Counted from the first letter of the stretch, positions 19,912-29,739 are shown. The stretch is 64,000 nt of DNA from an uncultured Mollicutes bacterium (GCA_937875785.1 CALEGV010000072.1:4543-68542), one strand, 5' to 3'. The notes: generated by a model not told the origin, from the letters alone. Program-made: numbers and translations.

Positions 19912-20244
19912 TTAAAGTGTCAATTTATTTTTAGAACGTAAATCAATTCTTTCAATAGGAACATGATATTTATTGGCAACTTCTATCAATTTTTCCTCAT
20001 ATGATGGATTTCCATACTTGATTGATTTTGCATCAACACTCATAATTAATTCCTCAAGATGAACCATTGTATTGCTGATAAGGCCATTATCAAGTAAATA
20101 CCCAAAAGGAATGATAATATCCACTTCATCTTTGATGACTTTTACATTACACATCTTGTTGATAACCATTGTACGACTTGTAAAATGATGTTTCCTGATA
20201 AATTCTTGTAATTTTGGTGACATATTTCCAATTATCAATTTCAT
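19912..20244 (-). CDS. Hypothetical cytoplasmic protein (110 aa)
   Basis: Intact ORF with a strong RBS (GGGGGGGTGATTAACT-ATG). It has its own upstream terminator and intergenic spacers. I recognise no family. Confidence 0.5.
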   Translation of the reverse strand: MKLIIGNMSPKLQEFIRKHHFTSRTMVINKMCNVKVIKDEVDIIIPFGYLLDNGLISNTMVHLEELIMSVDAKSIKYGNPSYEEKLIEVANKYHVPIERIDLRSKNKLTL

Positions 20245-20295
20245 AGTTAATCACCCCCCCTATATTAATCTATGAAAAAAAATGGAATAATGTAA

Positions 20296-20331
20296 AGGAA
20301 AAACCTTGTAATGCGATTTACATTACAAGGT
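20296..20331 (-). terminator. Rho-independent terminator after nrdG
   Basis: Stem ACCTTGTAATG / CATTACAAGGT (20303-20313 / 20321-20331) with a 7-nt loop, followed on the minus strand by TTTTTCC. Confidence 0.7.
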
Positions 20332-20834
20332 CAAAATTCTTGAATAACAATTGATTTTGTTGCTAAAGTTTTTTTCAAATTGATAATTCTCTGATTAGAA
20401 CTACCTCTAAAAACAAGAGAAATATCACGCTTGCTTTGTACAAAGGGTCCATCAATTAAGTAATCAGCTATTTCTAATATTTTGTTAATTTCAGCATCCT
20501 TTTTGCTGATTAACTCTTCAAAAGTATATCCTGTATATATTAAAATATTTTTTTGAGGAAATTCCTTTTTAAAATGGACTGTGAGGTCTAAAATTGCTGA
20601 TTTCTGAGCAAAAGGTTCCCCACCACTAATTGTTAAACCAGTCATATACGGATAATGTCTTATGTTTTCTAATATACTGCTTGTTGTCGAAAGAGTTCCT
20701 GCACGAAAATCATGTGTTTCAGGATTATGACAGCCCTTGCAATGATGGGGACATCCTTGAGTGAAGATTACATATCTAATCCCTGGCCCATCAACAATAG
20801 ACTCACTAATTTCACCTGCAATTCTAATATTCAT
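20331..20834 (-). CDS. nrdG: Anaerobic ribonucleoside-triphosphate reductase activating protein
   Basis: 167 aa. Contains DGPGIRYVIFTQGCPHHCKGCHNPETH (radical-SAM cluster motif). It overlaps the end of nrdD. Confidence 0.9.
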   Translation of the reverse strand: MNIRIAGEISESIVDGPGIRYVIFTQGCPHHCKGCHNPETHDFRAGTLSTTSSILENIRHYPYMTGLTISGGEPFAQKSAILDLTVHFKKEFPQKNILIYTGYTFEELISKKDAEINKILEIADYLIDGPFVQSKRDISLVFRGSSNQRIINLKKTLATKSIVIQEF

Positions 20835-23160
20835 ATTCGTGCGCTTTCATATGTTTTACACGATTTTCCACTTCTTCGCGTTTAGCATCATTGAACCGAT
20901 CTAACGTACCTACTAAATAACCTGTGATTCTTCTTATTCTTTCAAAAGGAACTTCATTTTCCGTTCTTCCACATTTTGGACATACATTATCGATAATGCC
21001 ATTATAACCACAAATGCTATCTCTATCAACAGGATGGTTCACAGCACCATATCCAATTCCTTCTTCTTTCATTGCTCTAACGATAGTTTCAAAGGCATCC
21101 AGATTTTTAGCAATATCTCCATCGACTTCAATATACGAAATATGACCACCATTTGTTAAAGCGTGATAAGGTGCCTCCTTTTTGATTTTTTCAAAAACAG
21201 AAATTTCATAGTAAACAGGTATATGGAAAGAATTCGTGTAATATTTATGATTTGTTACACCTTCAATTTCACCAAAAATTTCTCTATCCATTTTTACAAA
21301 ACGACCAGATAATCCTTCAGCAGGTGTAGCAATCAAGGAAAAGTTTAGTTTATATTTTTTTGAATAGTAATCCATTTTATTTCGCATAAACTGAATAATG
21401 TCAAGGCCAAGTTTTTGTGCTTCATCACTTTCACCATGATGTTTTCCAATTAAAGCCTTTAATGTTTCCGCAAGACCAATGAATCCAACTGTCAAAGTAC
21501 CATGTTTGATTACTTCAGATACTTTATCATTCCTTGATAATGTATCACTATCTAGCCATATTCCTTGTCCCATTAAGAATGGAAAATTATAAACGTATTT
21601 TGTTTGTTGAATTGCAAAACGCTCTAAAAGCTGTTCTGCACACAAATCAACAAGATAATTTAAACGCTCATAAAATTTATTAATTCGTTCTTCTTGATTT
21701 TGTATGTTCATTAATTTTAAGGCAATCCGAGGTAAATTAATCGACGTAAAACTTAAATTACCACGTCCTGTTACAATTTCATTTGTAGGATCATATGTAT
21801 TTCCAATCACTCTAGTACGACATCCCATATAAGCTGCTTCAGTTCGATAATCACCGGTTTTGTAATATTGTAAATTAAATGGTGCATCAAGAAATGAAAA
21901 ATTAGGAAAAAGCCTTTTACCTGAACATAACATTGATTTTTTGAATAAATCATAATTTGGGTCTTCTGGATTATAATTGATTCCTTCTTTGACTTTAAAA
22001 ATTTGAATAGGAAAAATAGGGGTTTCCCCATTTCCAAGTCCACACATAGTAGCATCAAGTAAACAATGCATAACCATTCTTCCTTCATCTGACGTATCAG
22101 TTCCATAGTTCAGTGAACTAAAAGGCACCTGAGCACCTGCTCTTGAGTGCATTGTATTTAGATTATGTACCAAAGCCTCCATTGCTTGATAGGTTGCATC
22201 TTTTGTCTCTCGAAGTGCAATTTGAATGATTTTATCAAATTCAACTCCCGAAATAGGTCCATATTTGGCATTGATTGCTTCAAAAACAAGTTTGGTTGTA
22301 TGTTCATCATTCATTCGAATTTCTACTTTGTTATCAGCTTCTATTTTAGAAAATAGAAGTTTCAACTCATCTTCTGATACTTGTGCATTATGTAATTCAA
22401 GTGCAGTAAGGATTGCTTTGCGCAATTCTTTTTTGTAAGTCTTACGAACCCCTGGAGCCATTGCATAATCAAAGTTTGGTACGCTTTGACCACCATGTTG
22501 GTCATTTTGATCCGCTTGAATAGCAATACAAGCTAAAGAGGCATAACTTCTTATCCCATTTGGTTCTCTCAAAAACCCATTTCCCGTTGAAAACCCATTT
22601 TTAAATAATTTTAACAAATCGATTTGACAACAAGTCATTGTCAATGCATAAAAGTCCAAATCGTGAATATGAATATCACCATTTATATGAGCATGAGCAT
22701 ATTCTGGTTTAATTAAATCATTTAAGTAAAATTGTTTAGCAGCTTCACTACCATATTTCAACATCATACCCATTGGTGTATCCGCATTAATATTGGCATT
22801 TTCACGTTTATTATCCTCATCTTTTGAGTCTTTAAACGTAATATCATGAAGTGACTTCATTAAATTTGTTTTTCGTTCTCTTACTTTGCTTCTTTCCGCA
22901 CGATACTTGATGTATGTTTTAGCAATCTCTACTTCACCCATTTCAATTAAAACATTTTCAATTATATTTTGAACTTCTTCAACTGAAACATTATTTTGGT
23001 ATTTTTGATTTACTTCATCAATTACTTTTTCTGTAACCATTTTTACAAGTTGTAAATCATCTCCTCCACAAGCAAGTTGTGCTTTGTATATTGCATTTTC
23101 AATCTTTTGAGGATTAAATACATTTTTTCTTCCGTCTCTTTTAATGATTTTTTTTACCAT
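20824..23160 (-). CDS. nrdD: Anaerobic ribonucleoside-triphosphate reductase (class III)
   Basis: N-terminal ATP-cone (KIIKRDGRKNVFNPQKIENAI), a C-terminal Zn ribbon (CPKCG) and the glycyl-radical region RRITGYL. Start moved to MVKKIIKRDG at 23160, preceded by AGGAGG. Confidence 0.92.
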   Translation of the reverse strand: MVKKIIKRDGRKNVFNPQKIENAIYKAQLACGGDDLQLVKMVTEKVIDEVNQKYQNNVSVEEVQNIIENVLIEMGEVEIAKTYIKYRAERSKVRERKTNLMKSLHDITFKDSKDEDNKRENANINADTPMGMMLKYGSEAAKQFYLNDLIKPEYAHAHINGDIHIHDLDFYALTMTCCQIDLLKLFKNGFSTGNGFLREPNGIRSYASLACIAIQADQNDQHGGQSVPNFDYAMAPGVRKTYKKELRKAILTALELHNAQVSEDELKLLFSKIEADNKVEIRMNDEHTTKLVFEAINAKYGPISGVEFDKIIQIALRETKDATYQAMEALVHNLNTMHSRAGAQVPFSSLNYGTDTSDEGRMVMHCLLDATMCGLGNGETPIFPIQIFKVKEGINYNPEDPNYDLFKKSMLCSGKRLFPNFSFLDAPFNLQYYKTGDYRTEAAYMGCRTRVIGNTYDPTNEIVTGRGNLSFTSINLPRIALKLMNIQNQEERINKFYERLNYLVDLCAEQLLERFAIQQTKYVYNFPFLMGQGIWLDSDTLSRNDKVSEVIKHGTLTVGFIGLAETLKALIGKHHGESDEAQKLGLDIIQFMRNKMDYYSKKYKLNFSLIATPAEGLSGRFVKMDREIFGEIEGVTNHKYYTNSFHIPVYYEISVFEKIKKEAPYHALTNGGHISYIEVDGDIAKNLDAFETIVRAMKEEGIGYGAVNHPVDRDSICGYNGIIDNVCPKCGRTENEVPFERIRRITGYLVGTLDRFNDAKREEVENRVKHMKAHEYEY

Positions 23161-23318
23161 AATATCCTCCTTTAAATTTATTTTTTTTTGATTAAAAGTG
23201 TTAACATTATACCACAAAAAATAATATCTCCATTGCAAAATGCAACAAAATTTTTATAAGATATTTTGCTTGCAAAATAGATGAATTTGTGCTATTATTG
23301 CCCAAAAGAGAGGTCTTT

Positions 23319-23831
23319 ATGTTATACGCTACTATCGGAATTTTAATAATTTTTTTTATAATCCTAGTTATCAAGATATATACCCCTATTGTCCAAAAAA
23401 AGAAATTAAAAACCAACTTAATTGAATATCTAAAAAAGTCAAATATGACTTATGTAGAATCATCAAGTAAAGAATTATATGATTTAAAGATAATTACCGA
23501 TGATAAAACTTTCTATGTTAAATTCGTCATTATTCCTAGTTATTCTGAAATTCAAATCAACAATCAATCTACTTGGGAAGTAAAATATGGAGCTGGAGAT
23601 AAGGTTGGAAAAGTTCAGCCACATAAACGATATTTATCGGAAATCATTTCTTTTATGAGAAATGATTTCGAAGAAAATTGTCAAAAGATTGTTATTTTTT
23701 CACCAACTCCTAAAAAAATTGTAAAATATTTGAATGAAAATGAAATAGATTTTGTGACAAGCAATACGGATGTTTATGGTGCACGCATTACATCAATTGG
23801 AAAATATGACGTGTTTAAAAATAAAAAATGA
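23319..23831 (+). CDS. Hypothetical membrane-anchored protein (170 aa)
   Basis: ATG at 23319 lies 5 nt after AAGAGAGG. One N-terminal TM segment (MLYATIGILIIFFIILVIKIY) is followed by a soluble domain of unknown family. It is the only plus-strand gene between 13.3 and 42.9 kb. Confidence 0.5.
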   Translation: MLYATIGILIIFFIILVIKIYTPIVQKKKLKTNLIEYLKKSNMTYVESSSKELYDLKIITDDKTFYVKFVIIPSYSEIQINNQSTWEVKYGAGDKVGKVQPHKRYLSEIISFMRNDFEENCQKIVIFSPTPKKIVKYLNENEIDFVTSNTDVYGARITSIGKYDVFKNKK

Positions 23832-23869
23832 GAATAGACTAATTTGGTTTAGTTTATTCTCATTTTTTT
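23830..23869. terminator. Bidirectional rho-independent terminator between the convergent 170-aa gene and proS
   Basis: Stem GAGAATAGACTAA / TTAGTTTATTCTC with one G.U pair, flanked by an A-run on the left and a T-run on the right. Confidence 0.7.
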
Positions 23870-23876
23870 AGTAAAT

Positions 23877-25583
23877 TTAAAGATTATTTTTTACCTCACA
23901 GACTATTTTCTCAATTGCCTCTTCATAAGACATTTCAACCTTTTCAAGAGTTTTACGAATCTTAAATTCGCATACTTTTTCTTCTGCACGTCTTCCAACC
24001 GTAATAATATAAGGGATACCAATTAATTCCCAATCCTTAAATTTAAAACCTGGTTTTGCATCACGATCATCCAGAATGACTTCAACATGATTTTTTTGTA
24101 ATTCTTCATACATAAAATCAGCTCCATCTTTCATTATATCATCATTGTAATTAATTGGTACAATCACAACATGATATGGTGCAACATGTAATGGCCAAAT
24201 GATACCATATTCATCATGATTTTGTTCAATAATACTAGACATAGTTCTTGTGACACCAATTCCATAACATCCCATCACAATTGGCTTAGTTTTTCCAAAT
24301 TCGTCTTGATATGTGCATTGCATTGGTAAAGAATACTTGGTTCCCAATTTAAAAATTTGACCAACTTCAATCCCTCTTTCCATTTTTAATGGCTTATGAC
24401 ATAATGGGCATAAATCTCCTTCAACAGTTGAACGGCATTGTAAAACCTTTCCAGTAAAATCTCGATGAAAATTGACATTTTTAAGATGATAATTTGCTTC
24501 ATTCGCTCCAACAACAAAATTTTTCATCAGTGTTACTTCTTCATCAACTAGAATTGGGCATTTTAGACCAATAGGTCCGACGAATCCTTCAATGGAACCA
24601 AGTTCTTGAATTTGCTCATTATTTGCCATAACAAGTTCATGTTCAGCAATATTTAACTCATTGATTACTTTGATAGGATTTACATCCCGATCGCCTCTAA
24701 CTAATACGACTATTGGAGTGTGATGTTGAAGATCAAGATAGACCATACTTTTTACAACTTGCTTATTAGTTATACCTAAAAACTGGGATACTTCTTCGAT
24801 TGTTTTTTGATTAGGTGTTTCTACCTTTTCAATTTTTTTCATCTCCTCATCGTTATTGAACACGTCTGATAATGATTCTGCTTTTTCTTGATCAGCCGCA
24901 TATCCACAATCACAATATATAATGTCACTTTCACCGACTTCAGAAATGGCCATAAATTGATGTGACCCTGAACCACCAATAGCACCTGTATCCGCTAAAA
25001 CAATTTTATAGTGAATACCAAGTCTGGTAAAAATTTTCTCATAGGTTTTATACATCATTTGATAAGATTGATCCAACCCATCAACATTCAAGTCAAACGA
25101 ATACGCATCTTTCATAATAAACTCTCTACCCCTCATTAAACCAAAACGTGGTCGCAACTCATCACGATATTTAGTCTGAATTTGATATAAATTCATAGGC
25201 AGATTTTTTCTTGACTTGAGTTCATTACGTACCAAATCAGTGAATATTTCTTCATGGGTTGGTCCTAAGCAAAATTCACGATTATGGCGATCAGAAAAGC
25301 GCATTAGTTCTGGGCCATACTTATTCCAACGACCTGATTCCTCCCATAACTCTTTAGGTTGAATTGCGGAGGACAAAATTTCTTGAGCGCCTGCATTATC
25401 CATTTCTTCTCGTATAATATTTTCAATTTTTCTTAAAGTTCTCAATCCAAGTGGTAAATAATTATATACTCCAGCAACAAGTTTACGAATCATACCAGCT
25501 CGTATAAGTAATATGTGACTAGAGATGATTGCTTCATTTGGAGCCTCTTTTAAAGTTGCAATTAGCATTTTACTTGCTTTCAT
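23877..25583 (-). CDS. proS: Prolyl-tRNA synthetase (bacterial type with INS editing domain)
   Basis: N-terminus MKASKMLIATLKEAPNEA; class II motifs RPRFGLMRGREF and GCYGIGVTR. Start moved to 25583, 9 nt after AAGGAAGG. Confidence 0.92.
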   Translation of the reverse strand: MKASKMLIATLKEAPNEAIISSHILLIRAGMIRKLVAGVYNYLPLGLRTLRKIENIIREEMDNAGAQEILSSAIQPKELWEESGRWNKYGPELMRFSDRHNREFCLGPTHEEIFTDLVRNELKSRKNLPMNLYQIQTKYRDELRPRFGLMRGREFIMKDAYSFDLNVDGLDQSYQMMYKTYEKIFTRLGIHYKIVLADTGAIGGSGSHQFMAISEVGESDIIYCDCGYAADQEKAESLSDVFNNDEEMKKIEKVETPNQKTIEEVSQFLGITNKQVVKSMVYLDLQHHTPIVVLVRGDRDVNPIKVINELNIAEHELVMANNEQIQELGSIEGFVGPIGLKCPILVDEEVTLMKNFVVGANEANYHLKNVNFHRDFTGKVLQCRSTVEGDLCPLCHKPLKMERGIEVGQIFKLGTKYSLPMQCTYQDEFGKTKPIVMGCYGIGVTRTMSSIIEQNHDEYGIIWPLHVAPYHVVIVPINYNDDIMKDGADFMYEELQKNHVEVILDDRDAKPGFKFKDWELIGIPYIITVGRRAEEKVCEFKIRKTLEKVEMSYEEAIEKIVCEVKNNL

Positions 25584-25612
25584 TATATTCATCCTTCCTT
25601 AAATCGCTGATA

Positions 25613-25621
25613 ATTATATCA
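25613..25621 (-). promoter_or_regulatory. Extended -10 promoter element upstream of proS
   Basis: Minus strand reads TGATATAAT about 12 nt upstream of the SD. The -35 is weak (TAGAAA). This implies a very short leader. Confidence 0.35.
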
Positions 25622-25916
25622 TAAATCCAAAAAAGTTTCTATAAGTTTACAATATTTAATTAAAAAACAAAATTAAATTGAGGAATATTTACATATTTAT
25701 GCAATTATGTATTGACATATTTTTTTAAAAAGAAATAGGAAGAATTTATTAAGCATGATTGACAAATAAAACGTATATTTTCCCTTTTTTTAGAGTTTGA
25801 ATAAAAGGATTATCAAGCAAATTTTTTTCATTCTCTCACAGAAAAGTTCTATTACACAAGAATTTTCGTCAAGATAGTTTGGCTATTATATTTTCCTTTT
25901 TTCTTGACTGGATTCA

Positions 25917-26825
25917 CTATTTAAATTTCCGCCATTTTTTAATTCCCAACTTTTCGCTAATTACAAGCAAATGATTTCTAATAGTCATATCATAAAAAGC
26001 TTTTTGCTGATCAAAATGTCTGCCTTTTTTTAGCTTTTGTTTACATTTTTTCATATCGTAGAACTTACAATTAAAACTCGGCGTAAACTTAATTTTGATA
26101 GGATAGTAGCCGAATACTGTTACAATAGTTTTCCCATATTCCCATTATTATTGAGTAGTTGCAATTCACTTGGATAAATGAGTGGTCGTTCTTTTACACT
26201 TATATTGGAATTGATATCTCCTCCTTTGGATGAATTGAATCCGATGCTTCTTTGCATCATTGAGAAGTTTCCACATCGTTTAGAAAATTCTTCCATTGTT
26301 TTATAATCTGTAGTTCCGATAAAAACTTGAATATTACAGTTTGATTTAATAATGTCTGCACTCTTATCTTCATAGACTTTGGGCTAGTTGTGCATATGAT
26401 TGGACCACTAAATTCATCCAAATATTTCTACTTCTACCCACAGTAATCATTTGTTCTAACTTATGAACTTTTGGAAGATTTCCAAATTCATCAAGAATGA
26501 AATATACTGGTCTTGGTAAACTTAACGAATCATATGAATTTGCTTTATAAACCAACTCTTTGTATGCTCGCAAAATGACCATTGAAGCAAGCGTATGTCT
26601 TGTTTCTTTTTCATCAGGAATCTGTAAGAATAACGCAATTGGTTTTTCTCCCATAGACCAAATTCAATTTCATTTTCACTTGTTAGTGCACAAAGTGAAA
26701 GATCTAAAAACATGGATAATTTATCAAATATTGATGAAAGATAACTACTTCTTGTTTTATCAAAGGCATCTAATGCTTGCTTGCATAAATGCTTAATTTA
26801 TTGAAGCATTATTGTACGTGTCTTA
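25917..26825 (-). pseudogene. Decayed, 5'-truncated type IV secretion coupling protein (VirD4/TraG/TraD family) gene
   Basis: Fragments lie in at least four different frames:
- ALDAFDKTRSSYLSSIFDKLSMFLDL...SENEIEFGL
- GEKPIALFLQIPDEKETRH...VYFILDEFGNLP...GRSRNIWMNLVVQSYAQLAQ (Walker B, RSR and QSxxQL motifs)
- YEDKSADIIKSNCNIQVFIGTTDYKTMEEFSKRCGN...ERPLIYPSELQLL
- KTIVTVFGYYPIKIKFTPSF...
There is no Walker A N-terminal half. Confidence 0.75.
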
Positions 26826-26842
26826 AAAAAATCAATAGAATT

Positions 26843-26889
26843 ATAAAAAGCCAAAACAGGGGAATTTTCCTTACATTTATCCCTGTTTT
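26843..26889 (-). terminator. Rho-independent terminator after pmbA
   Basis: Stem AAAACAGGG / CCCTGTTTT (26853-26861 / 26881-26889) with a 19-nt loop. On the minus strand it is followed by GGCTTTTTAT. Confidence 0.5.
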
Positions 26890-26916
26890 AGCTCTTTCAC
26901 TCTTTGGTTTGAATTA

Positions 26917-28248
26917 TTATTTTCCAGATATGGCTAAATTATTAATTTTCAAGGTTGGAGATGCGACACCTACAAATCTCTTTTCAATATCATTTCCTAT
27001 TTCTTCAACATGATTCATCATTTCATAGAAATTTCCAGAAACAACAAATAGTGTAATTGGACGCTCAAGTTTACCATTTTTTATTGTAAATCCTGATGCT
27101 TGCACATTGAAATCACCTGAAATAGGATTTAATCCAGCATGCAATCCATTCACTTCTGTAACAAATATTCCTTCATCAATCGTTTCAATTATCTGATCCT
27201 TTGTCTTTGTTCCTTCCTGAATGAATAAATTTGTTGGTGATACGGATACACTTCCTGAAACACTTGCCTTAAATCCATTTCCTGTTGGTTTAGCCTGTAA
27301 GAAATTAGCGGTTTTTAGATTATGTAAAAATCCTTTAAATACACCTTTTTCTACAACATTTTTGGTGGCACATGGCACCCCTTCATCATCAAATGAAGAT
27401 TTTACCAAAGCGTCTGTGTAGAAAGGATCATCAACAATTGTAATATTTTCCCCAAATATTTTTTCTCCCACTTTATCAGTTAGAATTGTCATCTTTTTGA
27501 TTGCAGAATCGCCAGAAAAGATAGAACAAAATGCCTGTAAAATTTCGGTTGCAACATCTCTTTTCAATACAACTGGATATTTTCCTGATTTCACATCACC
27601 TGCGCCAAGTTGTGATAAAGCAGATTCTGTTGCTTCTTTCACAATTCTTTCTGTTTCAAGACTTTCAAAACTTGTATTAATATCTCCTGCATACCCCATT
27701 ACTGTTTGATCATTTTCACATGCAAGGGCTCCAGCAAACGTTGAAATATAAGAATAACTTCTTGAAAGATCTAATCCTTTAGAATTAACAATTTGAACTT
27801 TTTGTGAATTCTCTGAATATTGACAATACCCTACTTTTTTGATTTTATTACTCACAGATAAAATATCCTTTTCCAATTTTTGCAACATTGCAATTTTTTC
27901 GCCTGTTGAATGTTGTTTGTAATCTGAAACCAATTCTGGTGTTTTATGATACGTAGAACCTCCTTCAAACATAAATTCAGGCTCTGTAGCATCAATTAAT
28001 TTCACATTTTCAATCAACTTATTCAAAACTTGTTCTACAGCCTCATCATCAAGCGTTTCCGTATATACATAACTCATTTTACCTTGATATAATCCTCTAA
28101 TAGAAACTCCAAATATTTCCTTCACATTATATGATTCTAAAGCTCCATCATCTAATTTTAAAGTATTACTTTCAGAATGACTTGCATATACCTCAACGGC
28201 ATCTAACCCAAGTTCTAATCCTCGTTTAATAATATCTTGATAAGTCAT
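26917..28248 (-). CDS. pmbA: TldD/PmbA-family metalloprotease, PmbA (TldE) subunit
   Basis: 443 aa. The C-terminal GDFNVQASGFTIKNGKL pattern is typical of PmbA_TldD. It is paired with tldD with a 1-nt overlap. Confidence 0.8.
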   Translation of the reverse strand: MTYQDIIKRGLELGLDAVEVYASHSESNTLKLDDGALESYNVKEIFGVSIRGLYQGKMSYVYTETLDDEAVEQVLNKLIENVKLIDATEPEFMFEGGSTYHKTPELVSDYKQHSTGEKIAMLQKLEKDILSVSNKIKKVGYCQYSENSQKVQIVNSKGLDLSRSYSYISTFAGALACENDQTVMGYAGDINTSFESLETERIVKEATESALSQLGAGDVKSGKYPVVLKRDVATEILQAFCSIFSGDSAIKKMTILTDKVGEKIFGENITIVDDPFYTDALVKSSFDDEGVPCATKNVVEKGVFKGFLHNLKTANFLQAKPTGNGFKASVSGSVSVSPTNLFIQEGTKTKDQIIETIDEGIFVTEVNGLHAGLNPISGDFNVQASGFTIKNGKLERPITLFVVSGNFYEMMNHVEEIGNDIEKRFVGVASPTLKINNLAISGK

Positions 28249-29663
28249 TAGTTGTTACCTCCTTTTCCACCAACAGTCATATGGGATACTCGTATTGTCG
28301 GTTGACCAACAATAGTTGGAATCGATCCACTCATTGATCCACACATTCCATATCCACATGCTAAGTTATCAGCAATCATGTCAATTCTTAACAAGACATC
28401 TTTACCTGATCCAACTAAGGTTGCTCCTTTAACAGGACGTGTAATCTTTCCATCTTCAATCAAATAAGCAACATCACAAGCAAAATTAAATTCACCTGTC
28501 GCAGGATTAACACTTCCGCCTCCCATTTTCTTCGCAAATAACCCTTTTTTAGTATTCTTAATAATCTCATCAAAAGTTGAAGTTCCATTCAAAAAATATG
28601 TATTTGTCATTCTAGATGTCGTTTGATATTTATAAGATTCTCTTCTAGATGAGCCAGTAATCGGATGATTCATTTTTTTGGAATTGCGTTTGTCAACCAG
28701 ATATGATTTCAAAATTCCATTTTCAATTAAAACATTACATTGAGAAGGTGTACCTTCGTCATCAACATTGATAGACCCCCATGCATTTAAATTTGTTCCA
28801 TCATCTACAGCATTTACAATATCACTAGCCACTTTTTGTCCAAGTTTGCCACAAAATACAGACATTCCTTTGGCCACTGATGTCGCTTCTAAACCATGAA
28901 CACATGCTTCATGTAAAATTACCCCTCCGAAACCATTATTGATTACAACAGGCATTTCTCCACCTTGCATTTCTTCTGCATGTAACATTTCGACAGCATG
29001 AAAAGCAATTTCTTTTCCAAATGATTTGGCATCAAATCCATCAAACATTTCCATTCCTTGATTTCTACCAAAAGAATCAAACCCTGTTTGCATATCTTTT
29101 CCATCACTTGCTACTACTTGACATGCAAGTCGTGTATTGCATCGGTGATCAGTTTGCCAAGTAGAATCGCTAGCAAAAACAAATATTTCTTTCTCATTTT
29201 TCACAAGATTAGCAATTACTTGTACTACTTCTTTACTATATGTTGTTGCTCCATTTGTAGCATCTGTTAGTAATTCAATTTCTTGATTTACATTTTCGCC
29301 TCTAATCCGTTGAGGACGAACGACGAGTTCCACTTTCTTTTCAACAAATGGCATAATATCTGTTCTACTTTCGCCTACAAAACTTCCAGAAAGTATTTTT
29401 GCACTTTCAAGTAAATGTACGGAATTACATTCCGTAATAGATGAATTGACTTCAGTACCATCCTTAATAATGCGGATTGCGGCACCCTTAACAACACTAA
29501 AATTTGTTGTTGAAAGTTTTCCAGAACGCATTTGCATTACTTCATTCGTTTGCTTTTCCATATACACTTCAGCAAAATCGCCACCAGTAGATAATGCAAC
29601 TTCTAAAATTTGTTTAGCTATATCTTCATTTATGCCAAAAACTTCTTTATGCATAACACTCAT
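28248..29663 (-). CDS. tldD: TldD-family metalloprotease
   Basis: Contains the HEACVHGLE zinc motif (HExxxH). The C-terminal GMCGSMSGSIPT is typical of TldD. Start moved to MSVMHKE (29663), 8 nt after GGAGG. Confidence 0.85.
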   Translation of the reverse strand: MSVMHKEVFGINEDIAKQILEVALSTGGDFAEVYMEKQTNEVMQMRSGKLSTTNFSVVKGAAIRIIKDGTEVNSSITECNSVHLLESAKILSGSFVGESRTDIMPFVEKKVELVVRPQRIRGENVNQEIELLTDATNGATTYSKEVVQVIANLVKNEKEIFVFASDSTWQTDHRCNTRLACQVVASDGKDMQTGFDSFGRNQGMEMFDGFDAKSFGKEIAFHAVEMLHAEEMQGGEMPVVINNGFGGVILHEACVHGLEATSVAKGMSVFCGKLGQKVASDIVNAVDDGTNLNAWGSINVDDEGTPSQCNVLIENGILKSYLVDKRNSKKMNHPITGSSRRESYKYQTTSRMTNTYFLNGTSTFDEIIKNTKKGLFAKKMGGGSVNPATGEFNFACDVAYLIEDGKITRPVKGATLVGSGKDVLLRIDMIADNLACGYGMCGSMSGSIPTIVGQPTIRVSHMTVGGKGGNN

Positions 29664-29739
29664 ATTCCTTACCTCCAAAATAATATAAGTTAATTATATA
29701 AAATGGAGAAAAAAAATCAAAAGGAAATGCACTATTTAT

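Noticed and set aside
26917-29663. The TldD/PmbA pair as the maturation protease of a hidden RiPP or microcin cluster
   Set aside because: I found no precursor-like small ORF, cyclodehydratase, dehydrogenase or ABC exporter nearby. The neighbours are a SpoVIF-like gene and a pseudogene. TldD/PmbA pairs are common housekeeping proteases.
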